This document shows, in pieces, positions 45,270 to 53,780 of a stretch of DNA of 64,000 nt (the stretch's first letter is position 1; every line of letters starts with the position of its first letter). The DNA comes from an uncultured Planctomycetaceae bacterium (GTDB lineage: Bacteria; Planctomycetota; Planctomycetia; Pirellulales; PNKZ01). The notes beneath the pieces are model-generated. The model was not told the DNA's origin. It made no database searches and saw only the letters and a program-made list of their open reading frames with translations. The stretch spans positions 19 through 64,018 of the forward strand of contig CAZZBK010000013.1 in assembly GCA_964652155.1 (NCBI GenBank), written 5' to 3'. A program made the position numbers and the translations under genes.

Positions 45270-46109
45270 ATGTCGCTTACTCGCCGTTCGTTCGTCCAAC
45301 TGGCTTCGGCCGCCTCGACTGCTTTGCTGTTGAACCGCGCTCAGAGCGCCTTCGCATGGGCCGACGCGGGCTATGCCGTCGGCATCCAAATGTACTCGTT
45401 GCGCGGTTACAAGGACGTCGACGTCGCCATTCAGCACGCCTACGACATCGGCTTCCGGCACCTGGAGTTCTACAGCGGCCAGTTCCCGCTCAACTCGACC
45501 CCCGATCAGATCAAGGCGTTCGTCAAGAAGATCGCCGACAAGGGGATGAAGATCACGGCGCACGGTGTCAACCGCTTCACGAAAGACCACGACGCCAATC
45601 GCAAGATTTTCGAGTTTGCCAAGCAGGCGGGCATTCGCAACCTGTCGGCCGACCCCGATCCGGACAGCTTCGAGAGCCTCGACAAGCTGGTGGCCGAGTA
45701 TGACGTGCGGATTGCGATTCACAATCACGGCCCCAAGCATCGTTACAACAAAGTGACCGACGTGCTCAACGCGGTGCGCGATCATCACCCGCTGATCGGC
45801 GCGTGTGCCGATCTGGGACACTTCATCCGCTCGGGCGAGCCGCCGGTGGAAGTGGTGCGGTCGCTGGGCAAGCGGCTGTTCGGCATTCACTTGAAAGACT
45901 TTGCCGAGCAGGCAGACAAGACCAAGGGGGTGATTCTGGGCAAGGGGCACCTGAACGTCGAGCAGGTGTTCGTGGCCCTGAAGCAAGTCAACTTCCCGAC
46001 CGACGGCGCGATCTCGCTCGAATACGAAGAGAACCCCGCCGATCCATTGGCCGACATTCGTGAGTGCTTTGCGGTGGCACAAGCCGCGGCGAAGAAGGCT
46101 TGGGGCTAA
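45270..46109 (+). CDS. sugar phosphate isomerase/epimerase (xylose-isomerase-like TIM barrel), Tat signal
   Basis: AGGAG lies upstream of ATG 45270. MSLTRRSFVQLASAASTALLL is a Tat signal. IAIHNHG and HLKDF motifs are present. Confidence 0.85.
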   Translation: MSLTRRSFVQLASAASTALLLNRAQSAFAWADAGYAVGIQMYSLRGYKDVDVAIQHAYDIGFRHLEFYSGQFPLNSTPDQIKAFVKKIADKGMKITAHGVNRFTKDHDANRKIFEFAKQAGIRNLSADPDPDSFESLDKLVAEYDVRIAIHNHGPKHRYNKVTDVLNAVRDHHPLIGACADLGHFIRSGEPPVEVVRSLGKRLFGIHLKDFAEQADKTKGVILGKGHLNVEQVFVALKQVNFPTDGAISLEYEENPADPLADIRECFAVAQAAAKKAWG

Positions 46110-46119
46110 TGTCATCTGC

Positions 46120-46171
46120 CCCAAGCCGATGGCTTTGCCGTCGGTCGATCGGCGACGAGTCGCCGGCTTGG
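46120..46171. repeat. long hairpin repeat family B, copy 3 (diverged)
   Basis: CCCAAGCCGatGGCtttgCCGTCGgtcgatCGGCGACGagtcGCCGGCTTGG lies between the convergent stops at 46109 and 46182. Confidence 0.75.
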
Positions 46172-46181
46172 TGAGAGGACG

Positions 46182-46373
46182 TTACGAGCCGCCGTCGAAA
46201 CCGTGGTTCTGCAGTTGCGTGTCGACATTACCCCACATGCCTCCCGAGCGACCACCGACGGCGCTAACCGCCACGATGATCGACATCAGGATCATGGCCA
46301 GCATGACCGCGTATTCGACGGCCGTGGTACCTTCGTCGTTTTGCCACAGTCGCAGGCAGAATGGTCGAAGCAT
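46182..46373 (-). CDS. flp: Flp/Fap family type IVb prepilin
   Basis: NDEG/TTAVEYAVMLAMILMSIIVAV fits the G/XXXXEY prepilin-peptidase site followed by a hydrophobic helix. 63 aa. Confidence 0.85.
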   Translation of the reverse strand: MLRPFCLRLWQNDEGTTAVEYAVMLAMILMSIIVAVSAVGGRSGGMWGNVDTQLQNHGFDGGS

Positions 46374-46511
46374 GGTGGAGACCGTGCGTAAAGGAAAGAC
46401 TCAAGCCGTTTCGGAAACGATATAAAACTCTAGTACGCAGAGCGGGGCGCGGCAAACAAGCATCTTGGGTGGTAATAGCAGTAGCGATTATTCCTACGAA
46501 AAGGATTTCTC

Positions 46512-47636
46512 ATGCGTGATTCACGGATCGAAAAGCTCGCCGACGTCTTGGTGAATTACTCGACCCGAGTGAAAAAGGGGGACGTGGTCCGGTTGACCGG
46601 CGCGCTCGTCGGGCGGCCGCTGATCGTGGCTCTGTATCGCGCCGTGCTGCGGGCTGGCGGACAACCCATCGTCGTCATGGGCCCCGAGGAATGCCACGAG
46701 ATCAAGCTCACCGAAGGGAGCGAGGAGCAATTGCGATTCGAGGACCCCTTGCAGCAATACATCATCGAGACCGTCGACGTCACGATCAGCTACTGGGGCG
46801 ACGAGAACACCAAGGCGCTGTCGCGCGTCGATCCCAAGAAGCAAGCGCTCGTGAGCCAGGCCCGCAAAAAATACATGGCGACGTTCATGAAGCGGTTCGG
46901 CGAAGGAAAGCTCCGCTGGGTCGGCACGCAGTTCCCCACCAACGCCGCCGCGCAAGACGCCGAGATGTCGCTCGCGGCCTACGAGAACTTTGTGTTCTCG
47001 GCGGGGCTGCTCGATCAGAGTGACCCCGCCCGGGCGTGGCAGGAAATCAGCGTCCGGCAACAGCGGATGGTCGATTTCCTCAACACGAAACGGGAGCTGC
47101 GGTTCGTCACTCCGCAAGGGACCGACATCCGCTTCGGGATCGAGGGGCGCAAGTGGATCAACTGCGACGGGCACGAAAACTTCCCGGACGGCGAGGTCTT
47201 CACCGGACCGATCGAGACCGCGACCCAGGGGGTGGTGAACTACAGTTTCCCGGCCGTGCATGGTGGCCGTGAGGTGCATGGCATCCGGCTCGAGTTCAAA
47301 GACGGCAAGGTCGTCAACGCCTCGGCCAGCAAGGGGGAAGATTTTTTGTTCGCCATGCTCGATCAGGACGCCGGTGCCCGCACGCTGGGCGAAGTGGCCA
47401 TGGGCACCAACTACGCGATTCAACAGTACTCGAAGAACACGCTGTTCGACGAGAAGATCGGCGGCACGTTCCACGCCGCGCTCGGGGCCGCGTATCCCGA
47501 GAGCGGCGGCAAGAACGAGTCGGGCCTGCACTGGGACATGGTCTGCGACCTGCGCCAGGGGGGCCAGATTTACGTCGACGGACAGTTGATCAGCGAGAAC
47601 GGCCGCTTCGTGTTCGACGACTGGCCCAAGCCGTAG
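46512..47636 (+). CDS. aminopeptidase, peptidase family M29 (AmpS/PepS-like)
   Basis: MRDSRIEKLADVLVNYSTRVKKGDVV and a C-terminal metal-ligand region NFPDGEVFT...GGTFHAALG..Y...G...S.LHWDMV. Confidence 0.85.
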   Translation: MRDSRIEKLADVLVNYSTRVKKGDVVRLTGALVGRPLIVALYRAVLRAGGQPIVVMGPEECHEIKLTEGSEEQLRFEDPLQQYIIETVDVTISYWGDENTKALSRVDPKKQALVSQARKKYMATFMKRFGEGKLRWVGTQFPTNAAAQDAEMSLAAYENFVFSAGLLDQSDPARAWQEISVRQQRMVDFLNTKRELRFVTPQGTDIRFGIEGRKWINCDGHENFPDGEVFTGPIETATQGVVNYSFPAVHGGREVHGIRLEFKDGKVVNASASKGEDFLFAMLDQDAGARTLGEVAMGTNYAIQQYSKNTLFDEKIGGTFHAALGAAYPESGGKNESGLHWDMVCDLRQGGQIYVDGQLISENGRFVFDDWPKP

Positions 47637-47658
47637 GCGGTTCATCCGTTGCGTACGA

Positions 47659-47700
47659 CCTTCTCCCTCCGGGAGAAGGTGGCCGGAGGCCGGATGAGGG
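47659..47700. repeat. hairpin repeat family E
   Basis: CCTTCTCCCtccgGGAGAAGGtGGCCggaGGCCggatgaggg. Confidence 0.8.
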
Positions 47701-47787
47701 CAGGTTGCCCTGTCACGAACTCATTCAACTTGCTTCCTGGTGCGCACCGAGAGAACCCGACGCCTACCAAGGCCACGCCGCAAATGC

Positions 47788-47808
47788 CCCTCTCCCGGAA
47801 GGAGAGGG
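47788..47808. terminator. candidate bidirectional intrinsic terminator
   Basis: CCCTCTCCcggaaGGAGAGGG is followed by TTTTACTTAT on the + strand. On the - strand it starts 7 nt after the sulfatase stop (47815). Confidence 0.45.
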
Positions 47809-47814
47809 TTTTAC

Positions 47815-49182
47815 TTATGCCTTGGCCTTAGCCTTCGCTTTCCCCTTGGCCTTGCCCTTGGGGGTAAACGGCGCGTCAACCGCGATCGGCGCAGCCTGCT
47901 CTTTATTCCAAGCGTCATACAAGGCTTGCAATTGCTTGACCTTCTCCGGTTCGGCCGAGGCCAGGTCTTTCGACTCGCTCAGGTCCTGCGCCAAGTTATA
48001 CAACTCGGGCTGACCGCTGCCGCCGCGGGCCACCACCAGCTTCCAGTCTTCATGGCGCACGGCCCATTGGTTGCCGAACCGCCAATACAAGGTCGCATGC
48101 GGTCGCGCGGTGGCTGGCTTCGTGAGATGCGGCAGCAAGTCGACGCCGTCCAGCTTCCAACTTGCTTCGACGTGTCCGCCGGCCGCCGTGACCACCGTGG
48201 GCAACACGTCCAAATTCAGCACCGGAGCCGCGAAGGTTTGGCCCCCGGGCAGCTTGCCGGTCCACTGCATGATAAAAGGGACGCGCGGGCCCCCTTCATA
48301 CGTCGTCGCTTTGAACCCACGCAGGGCGCCGTTCTGCGAGGTGGTGCTCAGCGTCGGGCCACCATTGTCGGCGATGTAGAACACGATCGTGTTGTCGAGC
48401 TGCCCCATCGCGCGGACCTTGGCGAGCACTTGCCCCACCGCGTCGTCCATGCTCGAGAGCATCGCGGCAAAGATGCGACGGTTCTCGTCGGTGATGTCCT
48501 TGAACCGGTCCAGGTACTTTTGCGGAGCCTGTAGCGGCGCGTGCTGGGCATTGAACGGCAAGTACAAGAACCACGGCTTGTCACCACGTTTGCCCAGCCA
48601 GTCGACCGCCCGCTCGGCATACTTGTCGGTCGTGTAAAAGTCCTGGTCCTTCACTTCCTGAACGTCGTTCGACACGCGCGAGTCCATGAAGTTGGTCGGA
48701 TGATAAAACGGCGTGTTGGCCAGCGTGCCGTAAAACTCATCGAACCCGCGCTTCAAGGGTCGATACGGGGGCTGGTCCCCCAGGTGCCATTTGCCGATGC
48801 CGATCGTGTCGTAGCCGAGCGTCTTGAGCCGATTGGCCAGCGTGGTCTCTTGGAGCGATAGCCCGCTGTGCCGCGCGGCGGCGTTGAACTCGTGTCCAAA
48901 TCGGGTCGGATAGCGGCCGGTCATGAGCCCGGCCCGCGAGGGACTGCAATACGTCGCGGCGACGTAGCCTTGCGTAAAACGCACCCCCGCCGCGGCGATC
49001 GAATCGATGTTGGGTGTCGGGATCTGCTTGTTGCCCTGGCAGCCCAACTCACCCCAGCCCAGGTCATCGGCATAAAAGATGATCACATTCGGCTTGGCGG
49101 CCTGAACGTGTGAAACACCTCCCAAGATGACAAAAGCCAGAGCCAGACCGACACACCCCACGAGCCTGCGATGCGAACGCAT
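47815..49182 (-). CDS. arylsulfatase (formylglycine-dependent), secreted
   Basis: Signal peptide present. PNVIIFYADDLGWGE and the signature CSPSRAGLMTGRYPTRFG are present. C-terminal tail is KGKAKGKAKAKAKA. Confidence 0.93.
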   Translation of the reverse strand: MRSHRRLVGCVGLALAFVILGGVSHVQAAKPNVIIFYADDLGWGELGCQGNKQIPTPNIDSIAAAGVRFTQGYVAATYCSPSRAGLMTGRYPTRFGHEFNAAARHSGLSLQETTLANRLKTLGYDTIGIGKWHLGDQPPYRPLKRGFDEFYGTLANTPFYHPTNFMDSRVSNDVQEVKDQDFYTTDKYAERAVDWLGKRGDKPWFLYLPFNAQHAPLQAPQKYLDRFKDITDENRRIFAAMLSSMDDAVGQVLAKVRAMGQLDNTIVFYIADNGGPTLSTTSQNGALRGFKATTYEGGPRVPFIMQWTGKLPGGQTFAAPVLNLDVLPTVVTAAGGHVEASWKLDGVDLLPHLTKPATARPHATLYWRFGNQWAVRHEDWKLVVARGGSGQPELYNLAQDLSESKDLASAEPEKVKQLQALYDAWNKEQAAPIAVDAPFTPKGKAKGKAKAKAKA

Positions 49183-49290
49183 AGAGAGTCGCCTTGTTCA
49201 CGAGTGCACGTTATGAGAAGAGATCCGACCCCGATGAAGACGTTCGACGTGTGGAAATTATTTTCTCGCGGTCGAGAAACCAAGCAGAAC

Positions 49291-49385
49291 GGCCGGAAAT
49301 GAACGCGAATGAACGAAAATCTTTCACGAGCAGAGCTGCTGCGCGAGGCGTTTATCTTCGCGTTGATTTCCGTTCATTTCCGGCC
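49291..49385. repeat. MITE-like palindromic element (family F relative)
   Basis: GGCCGGAAATGAACG (49291..49305) and CGTTCATTTCCGGCC (49371..49385) are perfect 15-bp inverted arms. Internal GAATGAACG/CGTTGATTTC sub-repeats are present. Confidence 0.8.
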
Positions 49386-49452
49386 ATTACGCCCCCGCCA
49401 CTCCTCCACTCCCCGGCCCTTCCGCTCCTCAGCCACACGTCCGCGCGGCCGC

Positions 49453-49480
49453 TTTGCTCGCCTCCGCGCCGCCTCTATAA
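49453..49480 (+). promoter_or_regulatory. possible sigma70-type promoter of recQ
   Basis: Perfect TATAAT at 49475..49480, with TTTGCT/TTGCTC 15-16 nt upstream. It overlaps the ATG at 49480, which argues for the ATG at 49528 as the recQ start. Confidence 0.3.
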
Positions 49481-49527
49481 TGCAGCGACCTCGATCAGAC
49501 CGCGAAACCTTGCTGCCCCAACCGCTT

Positions 49528-52161
49528 ATGTCGTCCACCACGCATCTCGAGCCCGAATCGCTGCTGTCGCGTTTCCGGCTCGAGGGCTTTCGACCCGGTC
49601 AGCTCGATGTAATCGCGACCGTGCTCAGCGGCGAAGACTGTCTGTGCGTGATGCCCACCGGCGGGGGCAAAAGCCTGTGCTATCAATTGCCCGCGTTGGC
49701 TCTGGGGGGGACCACGCTCGTCGTCTCGCCGCTGATTGCCCTAATGAAAGATCAGGTCGACCAGCTCGAGTCGCTGGGCATTCGCGCCACGCTGATCAAC
49801 AGCACCCTCTCCCCCGCCGAGCAATACGCCCGGCTCGATGCCATGCGCGATGGGGCGTATGAGCTGGTCTATGTCGTCCCCGAACGGTTCCGCTCCAATC
49901 GGTTCCTCGAGGCCCTGAAGAGCGTCGATCTGAAACGGCTCGCCATCGACGAGGCGCATTGCATCAGCGAATGGGGACACGACTTCCGGCACGATTACGC
50001 CCGGCTCGGCCAATTCCGCCAAAAGATCGGCAACCCGCCGACGATCGCCCTCACCGCGACCGCCACAGCCGACGTCCGCGCCGACATCATCGCACAATTG
50101 CAGTTGAAAGAGCCGCGCGTCTACATCACGGGTTTCTCGCGTCCCAACCTGCATTACGCCGTCACGAACCCTGGCTCCGATCGACGCAAAGACGACGAAC
50201 TGGTCGAGTTCCTCGCCGCGACCCCCGGCTCGGGCATCGTTTACGCCTCGACCCGCAAACGCTGCGAGGAGGTGGGAGACATGATCAACGCCCGCGCCAA
50301 GCGGAAGGCCTGCGTGTATCACGCCGGCATGACGAACGAGGACCGGCACAAAGCCCAAGACGAGTTCATGCTGGGCAAGAGTGAAATCGTCGTCGCCACC
50401 ACCGCCTTCGGCATGGGCATCGACAAGCGCGACGTCCGCTTCGTCGTGCACTACAACTTGCCCGGCACGATCGAAGGCTACTATCAGGAAGCGGGCCGCG
50501 CCGGTCGCGATGGCCAACCGTCTCACTGCCTGATGCTGTTCAGCCAGGGGGATCGCCGCATCCAGGAGTTCTTCATCGAGAGCTCGTACCCGGCCCGCGA
50601 GGTGGTCGAGCGCGTCTGCGATTTTCTCCGCTCCCAGCCGGTCGATCCCATCGAGATGACCCAACAAGAGCTGAAAGAGGAACTGGGTCTGCAAATGAGC
50701 GCCGAGGGGGTCGGCACCTGCGAGCAACTGCTTGAGAAGGCCGGTGTCGTTGAACGACTCGAACCGCGCGAGAACATGGCGATCGTGCGGCTCAATAGTG
50801 ATCTACCCGCGCTCGTCGATCTGCTCCCCAAGGCCGCCAAGACCCAGCGCCGCGTGCTGCAAGCCTTGGAGCGGATCGTCGGCCCGCGCCGCTTCGAGAC
50901 CGTCTACTTCAACCATCGCGACCTGCTCGCCGAACTGGAACTGGAAGCCACGCAGTGGAACCGCGCCATGCGCGAGGTGCTCGCCCTCAAGGTGGTCGAC
51001 TACGTGCCCCCCTTCCGCGGCCGGGCCATTCATGTGCTCGACCGCGACACCCCCTTCGACCAACTCGACATCGATTGGCAAAAGCTCGATCAACGCAAAC
51101 AGGCCGAGTACGACAAGCTGCAACGGGTCATCGATTTTGCCCAGGGCAACCGCTGCCGCGAGCAATACATTCTCGAATACTTTGGCCAAAGCGGCGAGCT
51201 TGTGCCGTGTGGTCGTTGCGACAATTGCCACAAGCGCAGCGGCCGCAGTCGCGTGACCGCCACAGCGACCGTCACCGACACCGCTCCGCAACAACTCGAC
51301 GCCGCGGTCCGCATGGCGCTCAGTGGAGTTGCCCGCAGTCGCGCGCGGTTCGGCAAGGTGCTCGTCGCGCAGATGCTGTGCGGCTCGAAGTCGGCCAAGC
51401 TGGTGAAGTTCGGCCTGCAACGGCTCAGCACCTACGGACTGTTCGAGCATTTTAAGCAGGACGATGTGGTCGAGTTGCTCAACGCCCTGATCGCGATCGG
51501 CTACTTGGAACAGGTCGACATGCAATCGGATCGACCCAAGCTGCAACTGACCGACGCCGGGACGGACGTGATGACCGGCCGCGCGGCGATCGTGCCGTTG
51601 CGTCTCGACGCCGAGCTGATCCACCGCTTCCGCAAGTTGCGCATGCCCGAGCAGCCACACGACCCGCCGCCGAAACCGGCCCCCGCGCCCGTGGTTGCCC
51701 CGCGTGAGGTCACGCCCCCTGCACCCTCTCCCTTAGCCCCCGTCGATAGCGACGCTTCGTCGCATACGCCGGGGGTGATCGCGAGCGAGCCGACTCCACT
51801 CGCCTCGCCTCAATCCACCCCCACTCCAGTCTCCGATCTCCAGTCTCCAGTCGTCCAGCCGACGCACTACTGGACCTGGCGGCTGCTCTCCGCCGACTTC
51901 ACCGTCGAGCAGTGCATGGCCATCCGCGGCATGGAACGCGAGGTGATCCTCGATCACGCCCTGCGGGCGATCGACAACCAGTGGCCGGTCGAGGCGCGAT
52001 GGTTCCTCTCCGCGCGGCAGATCGAGCAGCTCGAATCGCTCATCGGCCCCGGCGAGCCGCAACGCATTCGGCCCTTGCTGGCGCAGTTGCCCAGCGATCT
52101 GCGTTACGAAGACGTTCAGCTCTTTCTCAAATGCCGCCGCTCGCAAGCCGCGGCGAACTGA
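49528..52161 (+). CDS. recQ: ATP-dependent DNA helicase RecQ with a Pro-rich linker and an extra C-terminal domain
   Basis: FRPGQLDVI, MPTGGGKSLCYQLPAL, DEAHCISEWGHDFR, the Zn-binding CRCDNC region and an HRDC-like segment. About 170 additional aa follow. 49480 is an alternative start. Confidence 0.9.
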   Translation: MSSTTHLEPESLLSRFRLEGFRPGQLDVIATVLSGEDCLCVMPTGGGKSLCYQLPALALGGTTLVVSPLIALMKDQVDQLESLGIRATLINSTLSPAEQYARLDAMRDGAYELVYVVPERFRSNRFLEALKSVDLKRLAIDEAHCISEWGHDFRHDYARLGQFRQKIGNPPTIALTATATADVRADIIAQLQLKEPRVYITGFSRPNLHYAVTNPGSDRRKDDELVEFLAATPGSGIVYASTRKRCEEVGDMINARAKRKACVYHAGMTNEDRHKAQDEFMLGKSEIVVATTAFGMGIDKRDVRFVVHYNLPGTIEGYYQEAGRAGRDGQPSHCLMLFSQGDRRIQEFFIESSYPAREVVERVCDFLRSQPVDPIEMTQQELKEELGLQMSAEGVGTCEQLLEKAGVVERLEPRENMAIVRLNSDLPALVDLLPKAAKTQRRVLQALERIVGPRRFETVYFNHRDLLAELELEATQWNRAMREVLALKVVDYVPPFRGRAIHVLDRDTPFDQLDIDWQKLDQRKQAEYDKLQRVIDFAQGNRCREQYILEYFGQSGELVPCGRCDNCHKRSGRSRVTATATVTDTAPQQLDAAVRMALSGVARSRARFGKVLVAQMLCGSKSAKLVKFGLQRLSTYGLFEHFKQDDVVELLNALIAIGYLEQVDMQSDRPKLQLTDAGTDVMTGRAAIVPLRLDAELIHRFRKLRMPEQPHDPPPKPAPAPVVAPREVTPPAPSPLAPVDSDASSHTPGVIASEPTPLASPQSTPTPVSDLQSPVVQPTHYWTWRLLSADFTVEQCMAIRGMEREVILDHALRAIDNQWPVEARWFLSARQIEQLESLIGPGEPQRIRPLLAQLPSDLRYEDVQLFLKCRRSQAAAN

Positions 52162-52291
52162 TGCCAGTAATTCATGGTGCTTGGCGCTGTTCGATAGACA
52201 CCGGCCGCGCGACGTGAAATAATCAAGCGTCCAGCGATTCGCTCGGCGCACTCGACCGTGCCGAGTCCCCCTTTGAGGAGTTGCCGCCATC

Positions 52292-53584
52292 ATGGCCCAA
52301 CATTCACGCCGCTCGTTTTTGCAGCAGTCTGCCTTGGGAGGCACGCTGCTCGGCCTGGCTCCGAGCACCTATCGCTCGGTCTTTGCGGCCGAACCGCCCA
52401 GCGAGCGGGTCCGCGTCGGCCTGATCGGCGTCGGCAATCAGGGCGGGCCCAAGAACAACATGAAGTATTTTCTCAAAAACATTGTCGCCCTGTGCGATCT
52501 CGACAAGAACTACCTCGCTGAAGCCGCCGACTTTTTGTCCAAACAGGCGAACCTGACCGCGACGATGACCGACGATTATCGCCGACTGCTGGACGCCAGG
52601 GACATCGACGCCGTGGTTGTGACCGTGCCCGACCAGTGGCACGCGCGGATGACGATCGACGCTTGCCAAGCCGGCAAAGACGTGTACTGCGAGAAGCCCT
52701 TGACGCTTGTGATTGGCGAAGGGAAGCCGATGATCGACGCGGCTCGCAAACATGGCCGGGTCGTGCAGACCGGCACGATGCAACGCAGTGGCGCGGAGTT
52801 CAAGCTGGCCGTCGAGCTCGTGCAACAAGGGATCGTCGGTAAAGTCAGCGCCGTGAATGTCACGCTCCCTGGCCCCAATTGGATCGCCCGGGCGGGCATG
52901 CCGGTGCCTGACAGCGCTCCGCCCGAAGGCTTTGACTTCAACCGCTGGTTGGGCCCCGCTCCGCTGCGCTCCTACAACAAGAACCGGGTCCATTACCTGT
53001 TCCGTTTCTACTGGGACTACAGCGGCGGTCAGCAAACCAATTTTGGCGCCCACCATCTCGATATCGCTCAATGGGGCTTGGGCATGGACGCGAGCGGACC
53101 CATCAGCGTCGAGGGGTCGGCCGTCTACCATCCCGACGGCTGGTACGAAACGCCCGACACGACCGAGATCAAGTACACGTACGCCAGTGGCGTGGTGATG
53201 ACGTGCCGCCAGAAGCTCAACACGAAGAACCCCGACCAGGGGACCGAATTCATCGGCAACAAGGGGAGCCTGTTCGTCTATCGCGGCGGCATCGTCGCCA
53301 ACCCGCCGGAGTTACTCAAGGACATCGAGTTGCCGAAGATTGTCAGTTCACAAGCGAACACGGCGCACGTGAACAACTTCTTCGATTGCGTGAAGTCGCG
53401 TCAGACTCCCGCGGCCGACGTCAGCATTGGTCACCGCTCGGCGACCGTTTGTCATCTCGGCAACATCGCCGTGCGCACGCAAAAGAAAATCCACTGGGAC
53501 CCGACGAGCGAAACGATCGTCGGCGACACCGAGGCGGCGAAGTGGCTGACCAAGGAATACCGCAAGCCTTGGACGCTGACGTAA
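52292..53584 (+). CDS. Gfo/Idh/MocA family oxidoreductase, Tat signal
   Basis: MAQHSRRSFLQQSALGGTLLGLAP. Rossmann motif VGLIGVGNQG and EKPL motif CEKPLT. Confidence 0.88.
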   Translation: MAQHSRRSFLQQSALGGTLLGLAPSTYRSVFAAEPPSERVRVGLIGVGNQGGPKNNMKYFLKNIVALCDLDKNYLAEAADFLSKQANLTATMTDDYRRLLDARDIDAVVVTVPDQWHARMTIDACQAGKDVYCEKPLTLVIGEGKPMIDAARKHGRVVQTGTMQRSGAEFKLAVELVQQGIVGKVSAVNVTLPGPNWIARAGMPVPDSAPPEGFDFNRWLGPAPLRSYNKNRVHYLFRFYWDYSGGQQTNFGAHHLDIAQWGLGMDASGPISVEGSAVYHPDGWYETPDTTEIKYTYASGVVMTCRQKLNTKNPDQGTEFIGNKGSLFVYRGGIVANPPELLKDIELPKIVSSQANTAHVNNFFDCVKSRQTPAADVSIGHRSATVCHLGNIAVRTQKKIHWDPTSETIVGDTEAAKWLTKEYRKPWTLT

Positions 53585-53612
53585 GTTCGTCCTGCGTTCA
53601 GTCGGATATTAC

Positions 53613-53740
53613 ACAACGAGCGGGAGACGTCAGTCTCCCGATGACGTTGAGAATATGATCGCGCTGTTTGGTCAAAGTCAGGATCGTTTACTCGTTGACG
53701 AACCCAGCTTATCGGGAGACTGGCGTCTCCCGCTCGTTGT
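53613..53740. repeat. REPIN-like doublet, third (diverged) copy
   Basis: ACAACGAGCGGGAGACGTCAGTCTCCCGAT (53613..53642) pairs with the inverted ATCGGGAGACTGGCGTCTCCCGCTCGTTGT (53711..53740). Same REP consensus as at 16217..17097, with a different stem pair. Confidence 0.85.
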
Positions 53741-53780
53741 AAAACATTGCGCTTCAATCGTTGAGAAATTCGCCAACCGA

